Below the pieces are notes generated by a model. That model had not been told where the DNA came from. It did no database searches and saw only the letters and a list, made by a program, of their open reading frames with translations. Shown piece by piece: positions 57,103 to 64,000 of a stretch of 64,000 nt of DNA (within the stretch, counting starts at the first letter, position 1; each line of letters starts with the position of its first letter). This DNA comes from Schizochytrium sp. TIO01 (taxonomy: Eukaryota; Protista; Bigyra: Labyrinthulomycetes), in assembly GCA_004764695.1 (NCBI GenBank), contig SMSO01000007.1, positions 1-64,000 on the forward strand, in the 5' to 3' direction. Made by a program: the position numbers and the translations under genes.

Positions 57103-58372
57103 CTCCTGCCGCAAAGTGTCCAAAGCTGCTCTCAAACTTTCCCGACTTTGCGAGACTTCTTGGTGAGAAGAAGACTTCAAACTTCCCTTGATGGTGCGCA
57201 CAGAGCCACCGCTCACCGAGTGCGGGCTGGGAGGCGCTTTTGCTGACAATGTCTTACTCCTAAGTCAAGACCATCCACTCACCACTTGATCAATCAATAA
57301 TAATAAAAGAAAATAAGAAAAGACCTCAGTTATCAGGCCTATAATAGGCCATGTACCTATTTCTACTATTAATAATGCTTCCCATATATAGGAGGATTGA
57401 TGGAAGGTAGATAGTTTATTAGTGACATTATGTGTTACTAGCTGTCATAAAGAAACAACCTGAGCTTTGTTACAACAAAAAGAGCGGAAGAAACACCAAG
57501 AGGAAACCGCCGTTTAATCTTCATGCCGGGATTTATCCCCAACAGACTCCAAGTTTCCTTTGCTACTGATGTAAAGATGGATGCTTCAGTAAATTTTGCA
57601 GTCTTCAGTTAAAACTCCCTAGCACCTGCTATGTTATGGAGGTCTAGATAGCAGCACCGTTTGGGTATGGTATTGGAGATAGAACTATCTACGTATCTGG
57701 CGAAGTACCAAATGCCTACGATCAAAATTGTTTTGTATCTAGTAGAGGTAGTGCTACAGTTTCTCACCTTACTCCGATCAGCCCTTTGTGTTGACTTGAG
57801 GGTTGGAAACTCCAGCTAAAACAAAACAATCACTGCTTCTTCTTCTGAACAGATAAACAAAGATCTTGAATGAAGTATCTCGGCTGAGATGCGCTGAAGG
57901 TGAAAAACAACATATTTGTGCATTCATTTGAAGAGGATGTGCAGCAGCGCACAAAGGTGACCCACTCGAATTCGAATGTATGTGCTGGGTATTTTTTGCA
58001 AATTTGGATGCGTGATAGGCGAAGTGAAATCTTGAACGAGATTGACGTGCATAATAGCTTTAGCTTATGCAATTAAGAAAACAACACCGACAAGCCTGCC
58101 AACCAAAATTAGGAGGCCTTGGTAGAGACGAAACAGCTGTATGTCACAGCAATGACGAAGAGATGAGCACTTTTGATAAATCAACGGAAAGAGACGCATG
58201 AAAGACAGCGGCGGCGGCGGCGGGGGGAGGAAGGGAGGGAGGCTAGAAACTAAAAAGTGAGGGTTGTCGAAGAGCATCATTTAAGGCAATAGGCTTTGCG
58301 AAGGCAACTCACTTGCCGACAACAAATTTGCCTCAAGGCTTAATAGTGTGCTGTTTGTTGTATGACATTTAA

Positions 58373-59599
58373 CTACCTGAAAGGAGCCTCAAAGGCAGGA
58401 TTGACACTATTATGTCTGGAGATAAAAGAATTGTGGATAAAGTTCATTCCGAGATCGGCAGAAGTTGATGAGTTCGGCTGTGCAAATGCGGTCTTTGAAA
58501 AAGATATAAGCATTTGTGCGTCCTGATACGGGGCCTGCGTGTTGTTGTTGGTATTTCCAGTTGCTGCAGCACCATTCACAGATAAAGATGATACGCCATG
58601 GCTGGGGGCAGAGGAGGGTGCGGGGTTTATTGTGCTGACTGGACCTCCAGAACTCTTTCGCTTTTTCTTGTTGCGGCCAACGGGGTTTTCGCGGCGTGCG
58701 ACAATGCTATCACGGACTTCGGTGCTGTCTGGATCTAAACGACCAAGTACTTCTGAACAGCTGTTTACGTAAGTATAAAAGCGAGAGGTGGAAGGATGGC
58801 GCGTCTTGCTGCCCTCCGCGAGAGAGGAGACTGCGGTCTGGACATCAGGTGCAGAGATACTGAGATGCTTGCTAGCAGCGATGCGCTGTTTTTTCTGAGA
58901 GCACACATCAAGAACGATTTCTTGAGCGGCTTCATTGACAATTGTTTGCACAAGGTTCACAGTATCAGGGTCAAGAGTTGCGACATCTATGCCATGGGCT
59001 TCAAGCATTTCAAGAATGTCATCATAATGTAAAAGGGCCACACCTTTACGTTGCAGAGGCATATTAGAGAGCCTGGATCGGAGGCTGGCAAGTGCAGCTT
59101 CTCGAGCCTCCTCGGCACTCTCATCAGTGATCGACGAGGCCACCTCTGAGCGCCCCCCTTGAGATGCTGAGTTGCTATATTGCTCTTCATGAGAGGCTTG
59201 TACCTCTGAAAGTGGCCGCTTGCTTGCTCCGCGAGCAACGCTCCTTCCAGATCTAGATTCCACTTTGAGAGCTTCTCCATGGGCCTGAACACGTGACTTG
59301 CCCGAGCGATGGGAGACGTTGATTCCTCCCAAAGGCGAGTGATCATCATGTTTGAGTCCGCCAGTGTTAGCCAGGGCACCAAGGTTGCGCCATTTGGAGC
59401 TGCCACCTTTGGATTGAATTACCTGTTGAAACATCTCTTCACCCTTTGGTGTGAAGTGTAGTAATGTGCTTGGGCCTTCTGTACCAGTGATCTGACGGCT
59501 GTGGCCATCGTTTTTTTCAAGATCGTTATGCGAGCCCATGTTGGGGCCTGAGTGTGCAACGTCAGAGGCAGTGGGTGAGCCAAGGAACCGACGGCCCAT
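58373..59599 (-). CDS. Hypothetical 408-aa protein with possible TAF-like histone fold
   Basis: Long ORF with a helical segment (ILEMLEAHGID...DPDTVNLVQ...QEIVLD...ISAPDVQTAV) and a KKKRK NLS-like run. Upstream exons are possible. Confidence 0.6.
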   Translation of the reverse strand: MGRRFLGSPTASDVAHSGPNMGSHNDLEKNDGHSRQITGTEGPSTLLHFTPKGEEMFQQVIQSKGGSSKWRNLGALANTGGLKHDDHSPLGGINVSHRSGKSRVQAHGEALKVESRSGRSVARGASKRPLSEVQASHEEQYSNSASQGGRSEVASSITDESAEEAREAALASLRSRLSNMPLQRKGVALLHYDDILEMLEAHGIDVATLDPDTVNLVQTIVNEAAQEIVLDVCSQKKQRIAASKHLSISAPDVQTAVSSLAEGSKTRHPSTSRFYTYVNSCSEVLGRLDPDSTEVRDSIVARRENPVGRNKKKRKSSGGPVSTINPAPSSAPSHGVSSLSVNGAAATGNTNNNTQAPYQDAQMLISFSKTAFAQPNSSTSADLGMNFIHNSFISRHNSVNPAFEAPFR

Positions 59600-62500
59600 T
59601 GAAAGTTATACAAAGGTCGGTGTGTGTATATGTGCGTGCACGCGTAAGCAAAAGCTTATTCGACCTCCTCTTCGTTGGGTTGGTTTCTATAGGTATTTCG
59701 ATGTGAGTATGGGTTTTTGTTGGAGTTTATCCAACAGGATCCTTTCCTTCGTAACCTGAGTAATTAAACAGAATCGACTTATTCTGTTTCTCGACTAAAA
59801 TCAACCGAAGCCACTTTGATAGAGGAGAAAGTCACGTCCCGGGGGCTTTTGATGGGTATTCTATGCTAGGTCTAAGACTGCCACAATTCCTGTGTGTGTT
59901 GTGAGCGTTGTCAAGAGAGCACGCGTCGGTCCCAAAAGAGAGGTCTCGGATTTCTAGCAACCGTCGTCAACAACAACTCCAGTAAGCTGTCCCTACAGAT
60001 TGTTTGTGATGATTGGCAGCAGTTCTGGGAGGTCTTTTCCCCCTTCGTTTTCTCCAGCGTATCCAAAGAGCTATTTGATTCTTAGCAGCTTCAATTGATC
60101 AGTTAGCTCTCCTCCACAATGACACAGTCGATCGAAATGCAACCGCAATCGTCGTCGAAAGCCAGGTATGTATGACCCGAGAAAGCTCTAGCGACCTAAA
60201 GCGATCTTTGCCAGCCACAGGGATGAAAGCAGCGGTAGCGGTGAGATTGTGACGGCAGTGGAATCCAAGTGCTCAACCAGAGAGCACAGGGCACTCACTC
60301 AAAAAGACAGCAAAAGGCGACAGATGCTGTGAAGGAAGGCTCGGCCTCGTTCTTGCCAGCCTCTCGTGAGCCGCTCCAAAGGGCAGGGGAGACTCACAGA
60401 TCACTGGCTCGTTCTCACCGTCTTGGCGGGCTGAGCTGAGGCGGAGTGCCTTGGATTGCAGCCGCAGAAGAGTACGGAAGGTTGGAGGGATGGATGCAGC
60501 GAGGGAGCGACGGAGCGATGTATTGTATATATGGATGAACCTCCAAAGCAGCGGACCGCCCTTGTGACGAGACGTGGAAGGGAGGGATCACCTGTTGGAA
60601 AGACGGTGTGCCTCCTCAGTGGTGAAAGAGCTCTACCGATGGCGGGGCGTCGGCGGCGATTGCTGCTGCGTCGGCGGTCGAAGGAAGCGTGAATGAACCG
60701 AGGCAGCGATTGATCGATTAATCTCATTGATGCGCAAAAACTTTTTTTTTTTTCCATAAAAAAAAGGAAAAGAAAGCATTTTACAGCGAGAAAGAAAGTT
60801 TTACAATAAAAATAATAATTAAATAAAGAATCTCTACTTCTTTAGTTTCATCTTAAAAATATTAAAAAAGACGGAAAGAAGAATTCTAACTATGACGTAA
60901 AAAGAAAACTAACTACTGCTACTACTAAACAACTGGGAATCACTCCTTCTCTTTAAACAAAAAGAAAAAAAAAAAAGAAAAAAACTAAACAAGGATAACA
61001 ACTTTTCTCCTTAAAAGCAAAAGATCATAAGCACATTGAATATCGCATAGTAAGAATGAATGCTCAGACATTCGCTCGTTTCGTTACGCCTAGATTTGAC
61101 ATAAGAAGCTGCGATTGATCAATTTGTTGCTCAATAAATTGGCGTTGCTCCTGTTGTACCATACACGAATCGAAGTGGATGTTCAAGTCCACAATACTTT
61201 ATTAAATCTGTCGCCGCAATGTTCCTGACCTATTGAATCGCCAACAAGGTCCACGACATCTTATCCATCGACGATTCTTCGTTCATTTCCCTCTTCATTC
61301 ATTCTCTGTGGAAAAGCAAATCTTACTTTATTCTGTTGCAACATTGGCCCAAAATGTATGCGAAGGCTGCGACGATATTCCCAGAAGAAGGCAGTCTAAG
61401 TTGATGGATACAATCGCTTCCTCGACCAAGCGAGCAAAGAAACAATCACGCCAAAGCATTGCAGGCAGGCAGGCAGGCTTGAAGAAACAAGGCCGCTTCA
61501 GGGTTTTTCAGAATCGTTTGTTGGTTTGCTTCTTTCTCCTTTTCAGTTATCGTTCATTTCACCCATTTCCACAATTTAGAGATAGTTTCTTCTACAGAGT
61601 TCGACTTAAATAGGCTATCTTAGCATATCATGTTGTCAAAGGTAAAGGAATGAATGAACAAACTTCTAACTAACTATAAAAGCTAAGCTAAGCAAAGAAA
61701 GAAAGAATGAAAGAAAGAAAGAAAGCCTCTCTACGATCTTGCGCACAGAGAAAGAGAGAAGGCGAAGTAGTTTTGCCGGGATAGCCATAGACTATATTAT
61801 GCCATATGTCGGACAAATCGGAGAATGTTGTTGTAGATCTACAATATGGGTCTTCTGCCGATAGTAAGTACATATACATATATATACATACATATATATG
61901 GTGGAACAAATTAAGCCAAGCTAGCTCGCGCCTATAGGGCTAGGTTTCTGCCTATCTAGGTGCTAGGAGGATGTTTATTTTGAATTTCTTTGAAGGGTTC
62001 GAGATGATGCATGATACAACGAAGTGCATTTCGAAGAAGAGAAACGGTGTATAATACTTTCAAAGCTGTCGCGGAGCGTGCGAAAGAAACGGAGCCGAGA
62101 GATGAGCAGCGGCTCGCGTCCTGCTCATCGAGTTCCTCAGAGCTGTCCCCATCTTCGGAGAGAAGGGGGGCGAAGAGGCAGGCGATGACAGCTACTAACT
62201 AATCTACATGCTCGTTTTGTCATTCCATTCAATGGTCGAAATGGCCAATGAACGACTTTTTCACAGTAATAAATAAGCGTTGTTCGTGAGTTGAGATGAG
62301 TTATTTAATTAATTAAATAATTAATTGTTCTTTCTTTCTTTCTTTCTTTCTTTGCATCATTTATTCGTTTTCTGCGATTGAAAGCAAACAAAGCAGAACA
62401 AACAAACACTCTTTCTTTTCTTTTGCACTGGTGGGTAGTCGTTTCTATCTAAATAAAGTTTTAAAGTGAGGAGTTTAATAGTAAAATCTTGCTGTTAAGG

Positions 62501-63352
62501 AGGCTAGGGTTTTATTATTTTAATTTTAGTTTTTTTCTTTCTCTTGCTTTTCGGCACAAACAAACACGAAATTCAAAATTTTTCCACGTTTGAACCAAGG
62601 CCCAACTGCCCTGTTCGAGTCTGTAATTATTCGCACATGAGATTGGACATATTTTCCACATGTAACTTTACACACCTGACACCATGTAATCACGCGCCTC
62701 GCAGTAAAGATCCCCCCCTGCTCGGTGACACCAGCTTGGAACATGGAGGACATTCGAGGCTCTGCTCCATACTACCGTACCTATTGTGAAAGGTCCCCCC
62801 CAGCCGCGGCACGAGAGAACACCCGCGAGAACGGGGCTCGCGTTCCCGTTCTTTGGCGAGAGAACGCCCTCCGCTGCTCCTTTCTCTGAAAGGAAAAGGG
62901 AAAAGCAGAGCAAAGCAGAGCAAAGCAGAGCAAGCAAAGCGAAGAAGAAGGGAACCTCCAAACCTTGAAACGTGCCGCTCTCTCTTCTTATCTCAGCCCC
63001 AAAGCGAGGAGTAGCTCGAGGACGCTGTCATTCCGCCAAAGCCTGCCAAGCAAGAGGCCTGCCTGAGGGCCTTTCCGTCGTATGGCATGCATTGGTGTTG
63101 TGGCAGAAGGCCATGAAACCGTTCGCAGATAGGAAACAAACAAACAAACAGACAAACAGACAAATCAACCATAAATCAATATTTATTTTATCAGCGTCGA
63201 TTTTGTTCTCATCCATTTCATTTTGCTGTAAATGGTTCTTTGCTGTCTTCACAAAAAGCAGTTTTTCATTACTTTTTAGCAATCATCATTTGTCAAAACA
63301 ATGGTTTTAATTGAAGTTATAATTACTTTGTCCAACTGTAAGTTTCTCTCGT

Positions 63353-63354
<2 letters not shown>

Positions 63355-63382
<28 letters not shown>
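63355..63382. repeat. (AAT)n microsatellite
   Basis: About 9 units. Confidence 0.85.
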
Positions 63383-63385
<3 letters not shown>

Positions 63386-64000
63386 GAGGAAAAAGAGAAA
63401 AAAGCGCCTTTCACTTTACCAAAGAATACTTACTAAATCGAGAATATCAGAGCTTGCTTTTAAATCTCCTTAAAGCATGGCATTCTTTCAAGTTCTTTTC
63501 TTAAAAAGAAAAGCAGGAGATCTTGAGAAGAATAAAGAAAGCAAGGCGAAATTCGCCAGCTGGCCAAGGAATCCTCCCTCCGTTTCTTGCCGTGCGTGGC
63601 CTCTCTCCTTCCTCGCTTGCCTGAAAGAGGCCCCGGCTCCTCCAGGATCTGCTTGCGGCGCCGCTTTGCACCAGCGCGGTCCTACGGCATGTGCGCCGCC
63701 ACAGGCTTGCCACGGCCTTTGGCACTCGAGGCGGACTCTCAAGCATAAACTAGACAAAAATAACAAAAATAGCTATTTTTTACTCATTCATTCATTCAAT
63801 TAATTAATTAATTAATTATTTAATTGATTATTCATTCATTCATTCATTTGATTGATGACTTAATTATTTATTTTTCTATTCATGCAAACATACATGCATA
63901 CGTAAATACATCCATGGTGCACAAAGTTTTCTACAAAAGCAAAGACGATGAATAAAACGTGGCGATGAATGAATGAGCGAATGAATGAACACAAATCCTC

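Noticed and set aside
55765-57249. DNA methyltransferase of a restriction-modification or viral system
   Set aside because: The CFTxxY motif and overall layout identify ordinary eukaryotic DNMT2.
59760-64000. Short ORFs in GC-rich patches among simple repeats
   Set aside because: No recognisable protein signal; looks like long regulatory, UTR or intronic DNA.

Overview
This window is the end of a chromosome from a thraustochytrid (Labyrinthulomycetes); the 18S sequence looks like Aurantiochytrium, judged by eye. From the tip inward it contains: a (TTAGG)n telomere with a proximal TTAGG/TAAGG variant block; three long-unit subtelomeric repeat arrays (~370, ~535 and ~412 bp); a single 18S-5.8S-28S rDNA unit transcribed toward the telomere; a ~385-bp tandem array; and a 5S rRNA gene. 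Next come a decayed Crinkler/RHS-type locus and a nuclease-fold+kinase gene, then ordinary genes (ELMOD-like, QCR8, histone-fold proteins, DNAI4/WDR78, DNMT2). Main result: the ~385-bp 'satellite' between the rDNA and the 5S gene reads as an intact 16-exon minus-strand gene of 518 aa, which the ORF track misses. Each repeat unit is one 84-nt exon encoding exactly one 28-aa RI-class leucine-rich repeat plus a ~300-nt phase-2 GT-AG intron. Variation is concentrated in the ligand-facing codons, suggesting a variable, exon-shuffling LRR receptor. Second result: two unrelated miniature LTR retrotransposons (TRIMs) sit in the 370-bp array. Both have half-tRNA primer-binding sites (Lys-CUU and iMet) and tRNA-like Pol III boxes.
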